Positions 1-8,800 of a DNA stretch of 32,000 nucleotides are shown piece by piece. Each line of letters begins with the position of its first letter. Within the stretch, counting starts at the first letter, position 1. A model generated the notes under the pieces. That model did no database searches, was not told where the DNA came from, and was given only the letters and a program-made list of their open reading frames with translations. Origin of the DNA: Chlamydiota bacterium. GTDB taxonomy: Bacteria; Auribacterota; JACPWU01. Location of the stretch: positions 60,001-92,000 of the forward strand of contig JACPWU010000020.1 in NCBI GenBank assembly GCA_016196885.1. The letters are read 5' to 3'. A program made the position numbers and the translations under genes.

Positions 1-1273
1 TGGCGAACACAAAGACATTTTTATTGGGACTGTTCTTTGGAAATTTGAGAGTGGGAACATTATTTGTGTGTACCAGTTCCCCTGGCACCATAAAAAGCTG
101 ATGCCGTAATTTGGGAAGGGTTAGAGATTGCCAATGATCTGGCAAGCAAAGTCGTTTGAACCAAGTGATCAGGTTATGTGCTAGGAGAGATAGTTCGGCA
201 TAAAAGGCATTGGCAACAAAATTCTTTGTGGGGGCACTGCCAAACGGGAAGTCATTTTTGAGGATGCGGATGATTCTTTCTAGATTAGCTCTATCTTTGT
301 AGAAAGTGAAAATTCCATAGGGAGTTAAAGGTAGGTTTGTTACGATCACTGAATAGGCGTATTTGTCGAGGGTGAATAAGGTGAGTTCTTGATCTGGTTG
401 CGTCTCGATTTTTCTACGAAGTACGACAAAACGATATTTCTTTTCCCATGAATGGGGCTGATAGAAGAACTCAGCCGTTGAGAATTTTGCGTTAACTTTA
501 TGGTACCTGAGACCTGACAGACGTCTTTTAATGGGGGCCGTCATTCTGGCCACGATGGTGAAACCAATGCCCGCTGTATCGAGTTCTTTGACAAATTCTT
601 TCTCGTAGAACCCAGAATCGGCGCGGGTTCTGAGATGATGAGGGTAAGGCAAGAGCTTAATCGTATCACGAAGAAGAGGAATAACTCCCTCAGCTGTGTG
701 GGCATTGCCGTAACGGAGAAATCCTCCGAGAGCGTCTTTGAGGTGGGCTTCGGTAGCGACAAGGGGATGATAGGATTTTTTGCCAATGTGTCCGGGGTTG
801 TAACCCTTAACGACGCCTTCCTGATGACCGTAGAGGGTATTGGCGGTGGAATCGAAATCGATGCAGTAGCTGGGAAGAAATGACGGCTGAGTCATAAAAT
901 ATTTTCGAAGGCTGTTGTGAATTTCACAAAGAGAGGGAGCAAGATCAGGCGCAGATCGAAGCAAAAATCTTCGGAGCGTCGTAGGATTTGGAAAACTTGG
1001 AATACCTGTCAGATATTGGAAAACGCCATTTGTTTTGAGAAGCGCTGAGACCTCGATCTTTTCAAGACCCAGGATCATAGGGTAAATGAGAGCCAGAATC
1101 ATTTCTGTTGTGCTGTACTTGTTGTTCTTTTGGATATAGGCGAATCGACGACTGAGAAAAGTTCGCAGTTGAAGACTTTGAAAAAATCGGTGGAGAAGAT
1201 AAATGCCGCCAAAGTGGGAAAATTTTCCCGCTGTAAAGGCCATGCGAATATTGCTGGCTCCACGACGACGCAT
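1..1273 (-). CDS. IS1380/IS4-superfamily DDE transposase; the C-terminus runs off the left window edge
   Basis: Absent from the ORF track because no stop codon lies inside the window. I checked every plus-strand triplet in register (positions 2,5,8...1271) and found no tta/cta/tca. The start is ATG at 1273..1271, with an in-frame upstream stop at 1283..1285. The 424 codons begin MRRRGASNIRMAFTAGKFSHFGGIYLLHRFF. Motifs are CIDFDST, RADSGFY and YKDRANLERIIRILK, the last being the Y-(2)-R-(3)-E-(6)-K signature of IS4-like DDE enzymes. Confidence 0.85.
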   Translation of the reverse strand, partial: MRRRGASNIRMAFTAGKFSHFGGIYLLHRFFQSLQLRTFLSRRFAYIQKNNKYSTTEMILALIYPMILGLEKIEVSALLKTNGVFQYLTGIPSFPNPTTLRRFLLRSAPDLAPSLCEIHNSLRKYFMTQPSFLPSYCIDFDSTANTLYGHQEGVVKGYNPGHIGKKSYHPLVATEAHLKDALGGFLRYGNAHTAEGVIPLLRDTIKLLPYPHHLRTRADSGFYEKEFVKELDTAGIGFTIVARMTAPIKRRLSGLRYHKVNAKFSTAEFFYQPHSWEKKYRFVVLRRKIETQPDQELTLFTLDKYAYSVIVTNLPLTPYGIFTFYKDRANLERIIRILKNDFPFGSAPTKNFVANAFYAELSLLAHNLITWFKRLCLPDHWQSLTLPKLRHQLFMVPGELVHTNNVPTLKFPKNSPNKNVFVFA

Positions 1274-1275
1274 TT

Positions 1276-1304
1276 CACGAACCTAACTAAAAGTTAGGTT
1301 CGTG
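1276..1304. repeat. Perfect 12-bp-stem hairpin (cacgaacctaac-taaaa-gttaggttcgtg) 2 nt upstream of the transposase ATG
   Basis: Arm 1276-1287 is the exact reverse complement of arm 1293-1304, with a 5-nt loop. It lies between the stop of CDS 1324..2406 and the transposase start. Confidence 0.8.
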
Positions 1305-1323
1305 TCAAAAGATCTTTTTTATT

Positions 1324-2406
1324 CTAAGCCTTATTTAATGGGAGCTTCAGTGATATTGTGGGTTTGGCTTGCGCAGGATTTAAGTAATATAAGCTCTTTG
1401 TCATGAGCTCTATGGTCTCTTCTTTCACTAATCTTTTGCTCAATTCCTCTATCACCTTGATTCGCTCTTCTTCGACTGATTTTAAATCTATGGCTTTTTC
1501 AATGTCTTTCATCTGGAGCATGAGATGGATGTTAGGGCAGCTGGAGGAGGAAAGAATATTAGATGTTGAAAGTTGGATGTTGGAAGATGACAAGGAGTTT
1601 TTATCTTTTTCTTTCAACTTTAAACTTTTAACTTTTAACTGTTTTATATATTCCCCCAATTCTATCTCCCCACTCGTATACCTTTCATTCTCTTTTAGAA
1701 TCTCTTTCACCTCTTTTGAGTAGATTCCCTCTTTTAATCCTTCAATTCGTTTCTCTATCTCTTGAAGAATAGGCTCCGCCTTCTCTTTTAACTCCTGCCC
1801 TCTGTCAAATTGAACCAAATGCGTGAAGTATTCCTTCATGTTTTCTATCCCTTGAAGAGGTAGGGGCTTGTCTTTGACGATCGATAAATATTCCGCGCCG
1901 CTGATTTTTCCCTCTTTCATCAGATACTCTGCGAGCATTTTGCGGATCGCAGGATCTGGAAAGGCTGTGAATTGGCTGGTGTCTACTACTCCCCCTGCGG
2001 CCTCAAGGCCTATCATTTTGAGGCCATGTTCACCATGCTCTTTCATGAGCTCGTTCATGATTTTCGCGCTGTTTGACTGAGCTTCAAAATGACAGTGGAC
2101 GTCTTGAATGTGGATGATGAGTTTGTCGGAGCTTCCCTCATGGCGTTCGAGCATGTCGCCAAGCTTGGAAGATACATTGATGGCTTTAATCGCGTTGGAG
2201 GATGAAAGACTGTTAGAAGTTAGATGTTGGAGGTTGGATGATAAAGATTTTGCTTTTCCATCCAACTTCGAACTTCCAACCTCCAACATCTCCTCGGCCC
2301 ACCCCGTGTCTAAAAATAGACTCTGAATGAAAAATGAGATGCAACTAACTGCAGCCCAAAATCTTATGGATATTTTATAAAAAGGTCTTCCGTTTCTTCT
2401 GAACAT
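1324..2406 (-). CDS. Hypothetical membrane-anchored protein carrying two in-frame heptamer-repeat insertions
   Basis: 360-aa ORF. The N-terminal hydrophobic segment is IRFWAAVSCISFFIQSLFL. The central part (LIIHIQDVHCHFEAQ...GLEAAGGVVD) looks protein-like. The low-complexity stretches SLSSNLQHLTSNSLSSS and SLSSSNIQLSTSNILSSSS are encoded by 7-nt repeat hairpins. Confidence 0.6.
   Translation of the reverse strand: MFRRNGRPFYKISIRFWAAVSCISFFIQSLFLDTGWAEEMLEVGSSKLDGKAKSLSSNLQHLTSNSLSSSNAIKAINVSSKLGDMLERHEGSSDKLIIHIQDVHCHFEAQSNSAKIMNELMKEHGEHGLKMIGLEAAGGVVDTSQFTAFPDPAIRKMLAEYLMKEGKISGAEYLSIVKDKPLPLQGIENMKEYFTHLVQFDRGQELKEKAEPILQEIEKRIEGLKEGIYSKEVKEILKENERYTSGEIELGEYIKQLKVKSLKLKEKDKNSLSSSNIQLSTSNILSSSSCPNIHLMLQMKDIEKAIDLKSVEEERIKVIEELSKRLVKEETIELMTKSLYYLNPAQAKPTISLKLPLNKA
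1565..1641. repeat. Heptamer-periodic inverted repeat embedded in CDS 1324..2406
   Basis: 1565-1592 reads gttgaaa|gttggat|gttggaa|gatgaca. 1611-1641 reads ctttcaa|ctttaaa|cttttaa|cttttaa|ctg, which is the complementary word set. gttgaaag (1565-1572) pairs with ctttcaac (1611-1618). Confidence 0.75.
2219..2293. repeat. Heptamer-periodic inverted repeat embedded in CDS 1324..2406, containing a 17-bp perfect inverted repeat
   Basis: 2219-2240 reads gttagat|gttggag|gttggat|g. 2259-2293 reads catccaa|cttcgaa|cttccaa|cctccaa|catctcc. 2222-2238 (agatgttggaggttgga) is the exact reverse complement of 2275-2291. Confidence 0.85.
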
Positions 2407-2410
2407 GGAC

Positions 2411-2439
2411 GTCCTATAAGTGATTGTCGTATATAGGAC
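2411..2439 (-). promoter_or_regulatory. 8-bp-stem hairpin overlapping the probable Shine-Dalgarno of CDS 1324..2406
   Basis: gtcctata (2411-2418) pairs with tataggac (2432-2439), with a 13-nt loop. On the minus strand the 3' arm contains AGGA 6 nt before the ATG at 2406. Confidence 0.35.
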
Positions 2440-2515
2440 ATCTCTATCAAAGAAAATGTCAAAAGAGTTTTTAAGAATTTAACTGGTTATATGGGAAGAG
2501 ATTATAACAAATAGA

Positions 2516-4165
2516 TCATTTCCTAATTGCGAGTTCTAACAATTCCTGGGCATGCTGAAGGGCTCCTTCTGTCGCGCCTCCTAACATTCTTGCAATTTCA
2601 GGCGTACGCCCTTTTTCATCTAGATTTCTAACTTTGGTCACTGTCTTTTGACCTATCACCACCTTTTCAACATAATAATGGTGATCTGAACACGCAGCAA
2701 TCTGGGCCAAATGCGTGATCACGATGATTTGATGATGGCGGGAGACCTCTTTCAATTTGGCCGCTACTTGATGGGCCGTCTCTCCTCCTAAATTTACATC
2801 AATTTCATCGAATACCAAAACGGGCACGAAATTTTTCTGATGAAGAAGGGTTTTTAAAGCCAGCATGATGCGCGAGAGCTCTCCTCCCGAAACAATTTCG
2901 TGAAGCGGTTTGGGGGTCATGCCTTTATTCGTAGAAATGTAAAACAAAACTTCATCTTGTCCCGTCGGACCTGGGAGGGACCCCCCAACCCTCGCCTCAA
3001 AAATGGACGACTGAAGCCCCAACGTTTCTAATTGTTTCCCCACGGCCCGAGACAATTGAACCCCGGCCTCTTTCCGTGCCTTGGTTAGCGCTAAGGCCTT
3101 TTTCTGATAGGATTTTTGGCACTTCTCAATTTCTTGGTTTAGGGCTTCAAGTCCTTCTTCTCCTTTTTCTAAACTGGAGAGCTTCTCAGACACTTGAATG
3201 AGAACCTCTTTTAAATTGTCTCCATATTTTTTCTTGAGTCTTTTAATTTCAAGCAGCCGTTCTTCAATAAAATTTAATCTCCCAGGATCGTCCTCCAAAA
3301 AATGAAATTTGTTTCTCACGAGTGAGCGAACATCTTCCAAACGATATTGAAGTTCTTCAATCCCTTGAGCCTCTTTTAAGAAAGTCTCGTCGAATGTACC
3401 CAGGGCTCTCAAATCCGCAATCAATTTAGTCAAGGGATCTGTCAGCGAAGATTCTTCCCCACCCAGATTTTCTTCAATACTTCCGACCCGCTGTCGAATC
3501 TCTTGAGAATGTTTTAAAAATTTCCCCTCCTCTTCAAGGCTCTGTTCTTCATTTTCCTGAAGATTTAAGGCTTGCAATTCCTTCTCCTGATATTTGAGAA
3601 AATCCAATTGCTTGTCCCGATCACTCAAAGAAGCTTGGAGCAATTCCTTCTTTTTTAAAACCTCTTGAAGCGTAAAATAATCTTTTCTCACAGCCTCACG
3701 ACTCTCCAAGAGATCCCCAAAAACATCCAAAAAGTCCTTCTGGCTCTGAGGCTTTAAAAGAGATTGATGTTCATGCTGGCCGTGGAGATCCACCAGTTTC
3801 TCGCCCAGGCTTTTTAAAGACGAAAGATTCACTTGAGAGTCATTCACAAAGGCCCTTGATTTTCCGTCGGAAGATATTTCTCGGCGAATGACCAACTCAT
3901 CCCCTTCAGGAGAAAGACCCTGCTGAGATAAAAAGGATCGGAGTTCTTGAGAGTGAATTACAAAAGAAGCCTCTACCATGCCTTTGGATTCCCCATCTCG
4001 AATCCAGTTTGATGAGGCCTTTTCTCCAAGAATTAATAACAACGCCTCTACCGTAATGGATTTACCAGCGCCTGTCTCACCGGTTAGAACATTGAATCCT
4101 TCTCCCCATTCAATTTCAAGGGATTCGATGAGGGCCAGATTTTTAATGAACAAACGCTTGAGCAT
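2516..4165 (-). CDS. recN: DNA repair protein RecN
   Basis: N-terminus is MLKRLFIKNLALIESLEIEWGEGFNVLTGETGAGKSI (Walker A). The middle is a long coiled coil. The C-terminus has SGGELSRIMLALK and LVFDEIDVNLGG. The start is trimmed from the track start 4222 to ATG 4165, because the extra 19 codons run through the intergenic heptamer repeat. Confidence 0.9.
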   Translation of the reverse strand: MLKRLFIKNLALIESLEIEWGEGFNVLTGETGAGKSITVEALLLILGEKASSNWIRDGESKGMVEASFVIHSQELRSFLSQQGLSPEGDELVIRREISSDGKSRAFVNDSQVNLSSLKSLGEKLVDLHGQHEHQSLLKPQSQKDFLDVFGDLLESREAVRKDYFTLQEVLKKKELLQASLSDRDKQLDFLKYQEKELQALNLQENEEQSLEEEGKFLKHSQEIRQRVGSIEENLGGEESSLTDPLTKLIADLRALGTFDETFLKEAQGIEELQYRLEDVRSLVRNKFHFLEDDPGRLNFIEERLLEIKRLKKKYGDNLKEVLIQVSEKLSSLEKGEEGLEALNQEIEKCQKSYQKKALALTKARKEAGVQLSRAVGKQLETLGLQSSIFEARVGGSLPGPTGQDEVLFYISTNKGMTPKPLHEIVSGGELSRIMLALKTLLHQKNFVPVLVFDEIDVNLGGETAHQVAAKLKEVSRHHQIIVITHLAQIAACSDHHYYVEKVVIGQKTVTKVRNLDEKGRTPEIARMLGGATEGALQHAQELLELAIRK

Positions 4166-4180
4166 AGATAACCCCAAAGC

Positions 4181-4208
4181 ACGAAATTCGAATCTCGAAA
4201 CTCGAAAC
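4181..4208. repeat. Tandem degenerate heptamers acgaaat|tcgaatc|tcgaaac|tcgaaac
   Basis: Read directly from the recN-purB spacer. A related complementary word (gtgcttcgaatttt) lies at 4423-4436. Confidence 0.7.
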
Positions 4209-4285
4209 AAATTTAAATTCAAATATTTAATTTCAATGATCTTTCGAGATCATCGTATGCGATGAAAGTTCTCCCCATCATGCTT

Positions 4286-4338
4286 TTTTGTAGTTGCCCG
4301 ATTCATCGGGCAGCCCCATAAATGGGGCGACTACAAAA
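4286..4338. repeat. Compact Y-shaped (three-way junction) palindromic element, REP-like
   Basis: The outer stem is ttttgtagt (4286-4294) with actacaaaa (4330-4338). Hairpin 1 is tgcccga-ttca-tcgggca (4295-4312). Hairpin 2 is gcccca-taaa-tggggc (4313-4328). The junction linkers are 0-1 nt. Confidence 0.75.
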
Positions 4339-4441
4339 TGAGCCTCATTTTCATAACAAAGAATCGAAAAATTTAATTTTTTAAATTTGGGTTTTCAGAA
4401 TTTGTTTTGAATTTAGGATTTGGTGCTTCGAATTTTATTTC

Positions 4442-5734
4442 TTAAAGTCCCAATCTGGCAAAAGCCATGTCAATGTTCTTCAAATGATATTTCAAATCAA
4501 AACAAGACTTGATTTCTTCAGCACTTAAATGTTTCAACACTTCTTTATCCGAGAGTAAAATATCCTTAAAGTGTTTTTTCTCATCCCAGGCCTTGTGAGA
4601 TTTTTCCTGCACGATAGCGTAAGCGGCCTCTCGCGTGAGACCTTTTTTAATTAATTCTAAAAGGAGGCGTTGAGAAAAAACGGCCCCTTGAGTCAATTCC
4701 AAATTTCGCATCATGTTTTCAGGAAAAACAATCATTTGGCGAAAAACACGCGTCATCAAACGAATCATGTAATGAATCAAAGTCGTTGAATCTGGAACAA
4801 TCACCCGCTCCACAGAAGAATGCGTAATATCCCTTTCATGCCAGAGGGCTACATTTTCAAGGGCAGCAACGACATAACCCCGCAGCACACGCGCCAAACC
4901 GCAAACCCTTTCACAGGTAATGGGATTTCGTTTATGAGGCATGGCTGAAGACCCTTTTTGCTCTTTTCCAAAACCCTCCTGAAGCTCTTGAATTTCGGTG
5001 CGCTGTAAATTGCGAACTTCTAAAGCAAATTTTTCCAAAGAAGCCCCTAAAATAGCCAAGGCACTGACATATTGGGCATGACGATCGCGCTGGACAATTT
5101 GGCTGCTGATGGGCTCGGGAGCCAGCTTTAACTTCTTACAGACATATTCCTCGACCCGCGGGTCGATGTTTGCGTGAGTCCCTACAGCTCCTGAAATTTT
5201 GCCATAGGCGATTGTCTTTTTAGCAGACATCAGACGGTCCATGTTTCGATAAAGCTCATCCAAGAAAAGGGCCAACTTCAGTCCCAAGGTGGTCGGCTCT
5301 GCATGCACCCCATGCGAGCGCCCAATCATCACCGTCGTCTTGTGTTCAAGCGCTCGCTCCTTTACCACCTCTACCAATTCCACAAAATCCTTCATGATGA
5401 TATCCATTGCATCCACCATCAAAACAGCAAGCGAGGTATCCAAAACATCTGAAGAGGTCAAACCAAAATGAATAAACCTCGCCGCAGGACCTACATTTTC
5501 TGAGAGATTGGTTAAAAAGGCGATCACATCATGATCCACACTCTTCTCAATTTCGGAAATCCTTTTAAGATGAAAACTCGCCCCCTTCTTAATCTTCTTA
5601 AAATCCTCTTCGCTCACCTGTCCCAAATCCACCATACACTCCAGAGCCAAAATTTCTATTTTAAGCCATAAAGAAAGCTTATTCTCTTCACTCCAAAGTT
5701 TCAGCATTTCTGGTGTTGAGTAACGCTCAATCAT
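4442..5734 (-). CDS. purB: Adenylosuccinate lyase
   Basis: The protein begins MIERYSTPEMLKLWSEENKLSLWLKIE and carries the fumarate-lyase signature GSSAMPHKRNP. It is about 430 aa. ATG 5734 is preceded by GGAGCCTTT. The track start 5782 adds 16 codons (MFDVRCSMYV...) that lie in the repeat arm. Confidence 0.9.
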   Translation of the reverse strand: MIERYSTPEMLKLWSEENKLSLWLKIEILALECMVDLGQVSEEDFKKIKKGASFHLKRISEIEKSVDHDVIAFLTNLSENVGPAARFIHFGLTSSDVLDTSLAVLMVDAMDIIMKDFVELVEVVKERALEHKTTVMIGRSHGVHAEPTTLGLKLALFLDELYRNMDRLMSAKKTIAYGKISGAVGTHANIDPRVEEYVCKKLKLAPEPISSQIVQRDRHAQYVSALAILGASLEKFALEVRNLQRTEIQELQEGFGKEQKGSSAMPHKRNPITCERVCGLARVLRGYVVAALENVALWHERDITHSSVERVIVPDSTTLIHYMIRLMTRVFRQMIVFPENMMRNLELTQGAVFSQRLLLELIKKGLTREAAYAIVQEKSHKAWDEKKHFKDILLSDKEVLKHLSAEEIKSCFDLKYHLKNIDMAFARLGL

Positions 5735-5754
5735 AAAGGCTCCTTTTATAAAGA

Positions 5755-5828
5755 CGTACATCGAACATCGCACGTCGAACATAGAAAAAATAAAATACTA
5801 AGTACGAAGTACGAAGTTCGAAGTACGG
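5755..5828. repeat. Heptamer-periodic imperfect hairpin spanning the dnaE stop codon
   Basis: 5755-5782 reads cgtacat|cgaacat|cgcacgt|cgaacat. 5801-5828 reads agtacga|agtacga|agttcga|agtacgg. By-eye pairing is about 21 of 27 positions, and the loop is A-rich. Confidence 0.8.
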
Positions 5829-8800
5829 CCTTTTGCATCAAACCTATCAACATGCACAATTTTATTTCTCTTCACCGAAACCGCTTCTTCCCCCAGGACT
5901 TCTTTTAATCTTAAAATGACTTCGGCCGTTGGTTCAATCTTAAATTTAGGGGAAGTGGAAACGGTAATTTTTCCTCCATCCGGAAAGGCAAAATTAATAT
6001 AAACTGGACACTCTCCTTTAAATCGTAACAACTCCGTTTGAATTTTATCTAAGTCCTCACTTTTTGACTGATTCATTTTAAGCTGAAGATAAATCGATTG
6101 CGTATAAATCTTTGGAGCATCCTCCAGCAAGACAAGATTGTTTACAATCACTTTCACAGCTTCTTCTTTTAATTCAAGTTTCCCTTCTACAAAACAAATT
6201 TTATCTTCTTGTACCATTCCTGAAATCTTTTCAAAAATTTTAGGATAAATAACCGCCTCAATCAACCCCTCTAAATCTTCAAAAGAGACAAGGGCCATTT
6301 TATCGCCCTTTTTGGTCGTCTTGATTTGAATTTTTCCCAAAATGCCTCCCAAGGCTACATCTACCCCATCTTGACGATCGTATAAACTCTGAGTCGTGTC
6401 CGTACGAAAAAGTTTTAACAAATGTGAAACCCGCGTCAGGGGATGACCCGTCACATAAAACCCCAAAAGCTCTTTTTCGGATTTCAGGATATCCGCCTCA
6501 TCCCACTCTGGAATATTGGGAAAAGTTATTTTATCCTGCCCCTGGCCCCCTTCCAACAATTCAAAAAGGGTAGACTGTCCCTTCAGAATGTCCTGCCTCG
6601 TTCTGGAGCTGGATAAAAGGGCCTGGTCCAAAACAGCCATCAGTTGACTTCTCTTCACTTTAAAAGAATCAAAGACCCCGCAACGAATCAAACTTTCTAA
6701 AACTTTTCGATTGGCCACTTTCTGATCGACGCGGTTCAAAAAATCCTCAAAGGATAGAAACTTGCCTCTCTTAACACGTTCTTCAATAATTAACTGAACG
6801 ACTGCACTTCCCACATTTTTGACCGCCGCCAAACCAAATCGAATATCTTTTCCCACCACCGTAAATTTTTCAAAACTTTCATTCACATCAGGAGGCAAAA
6901 TATGAATCCCCATTTCCTTACATTCATTGATGTATTTAACCAATTTGTCCGTGTTATTGGCTTCGCTCGAAAGAAGGGCCGTCATGTATTCCACAGGAAA
7001 ATTTGCCTTCAGATAAGCCGTGCGGTAAGCAATCAAGGCATAGGCTGCACTGTGGGATTTGTTAAATCCATAGCCTGCAAAATAGGCCATAAGATCGAAG
7101 ACCTTTTCAGCAATGGACCTCGCGATATTATTTTTTAAACACCCCTCGACAAAAATATTTTTCTGCTCAATCATTTTATGCTCAATCTTTTTCCCCATGA
7201 TTCTTCTTAAATGATCTCCTTGAGCCATGGTGAAATGGGCCATCACCTTGGCTACTGTCATCACCTGCTCTTGATAAAGCATGATGCCATAGGTCTCCTT
7301 GAGAATAGATTCCAACAGCGGATGATCGTATTGCACTTTGACCTTCCCATGCTTCCTCGCAATAAAATCCTCCACCATGTGCATCGGACCCGGACGATAC
7401 AAGGCGACCAGCGCAATCAAATCTTCAAAACGGTCCATCCCCATGCGCTTCGCCAAATCTCGCATTCCACCCGATTCTAATTGGAAAACACCCGCGGTAT
7501 CCGCTCGGTTCAGAAGAGCAAAAGTTCTGGGATCACTCAAGGAAATTTGGCCGATGTCCAGATGCCTTTCTTGCGTCCTTTCCACAATTTTCAGTGTGTC
7601 ATGAATGACGGTCAGCGTTCTCAATCCCAAAAAATCTATTTTCAAAAGGCCAATTTTTTCAATCGCCTCCATGGGATATTGTGTTGTCACTTCACCATTG
7701 GTCCCTTTATAAAGAGGCACAAATTCCGAAAGGGGCTTTTCACTGATCACAATCCCGGCCGCATGAATAGAGACATTGCGGACCATGCCTTCCAAACGAA
7801 ACGCCTTATCAACAAGATCTCGGACCTCTTCTTCCTCCTCATAACGCTTCTTAAATTGAGGTTCCATCTCAAGGGCATCTTTCAATGTAATCTTGGGGGC
7901 AAACGGAATTAATTTTGCAATTCGATCCACTTCGGTATAAGGGCGGCTCATCACTCGGCCGACATCGCGAATAACAGCCTTCGCACCCATCGTACCAAAG
8001 GTGATGATTTGTGCTACGTTGTCAGCCCCATATTTTTTTGTCACATACTCAATCACTTCTCCGCGTCGCTCATCGCAAAAATCAATGTCAATGTCGGGCA
8101 GGGTGATACGATTGAGATTCAGAAAACGCTCAAAAATAAGTCCATAACTCAATGGATCAATGTCTGTGATTTCCAAAAGATAAGCCACCAGACTACCCGC
8201 AGCAGAGCCGCGGCCAGGTCCCACAGGGATATCATTCTTTTTTGCAAACTGAATAAAATCCCAGACGATCAGGAAATAACTGACAAATTTCATTTCTTCA
8301 ATCACCTTCAATTCAAATTCCAAACGCTCTCGAATTTCCCGCGTGGCAGTCCCGTATCTTTTTTGCAGGCCCTCTTCACATAATTTTTTGAGAAAATCAG
8401 ATTGCATGACCCCCACCGGTGGAACATATTGAGGTAAATGCATTTCATTAAAGGAAAGATCGAGATTGCAGCGATCGGCAATTTGAAGCGTGGCCTTCAA
8501 GGCTTCTGGGACTTCACGAAACTTATCCCACATCTCTTGCGGGCTCTTGATAAAAAATTGATCCCCCTGAAAACGCAGGCGGTTTTGGTCTTGGAGGGCA
8601 CTCCCCGTCTGAATGCACAGCAAAATATCATGTGCATCGTGATCCTTCTGCTCCACATAGTGACAGTCATTCGTGACAACCAAAGGGATGTTTTGCTTTT
8701 TGGACTGCTCGAAGAGCCAGCGATTTGCCTTTTGTTGATCGGGGATGCCATGATCCTGCAACTCCAAATAATAATTTCCTTTAAAGATCTCGCGATACTC

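Noticed and set aside
4166-4222. The ORF-track N-terminal extensions: recN (4222), purB (5782), dnaE (9322), the TPR gene (18880), the secreted protein (18792) and the SH3b gene (30999).
   Set aside because: The extra codons run through intergenic repeat arms or overlap neighbouring genes. They lack SD sequences. The downstream ATGs give canonical N-termini (MLKRLFIKNL, MIERYSTPEM, MKPEFVHLHLHSE, and signal peptides).
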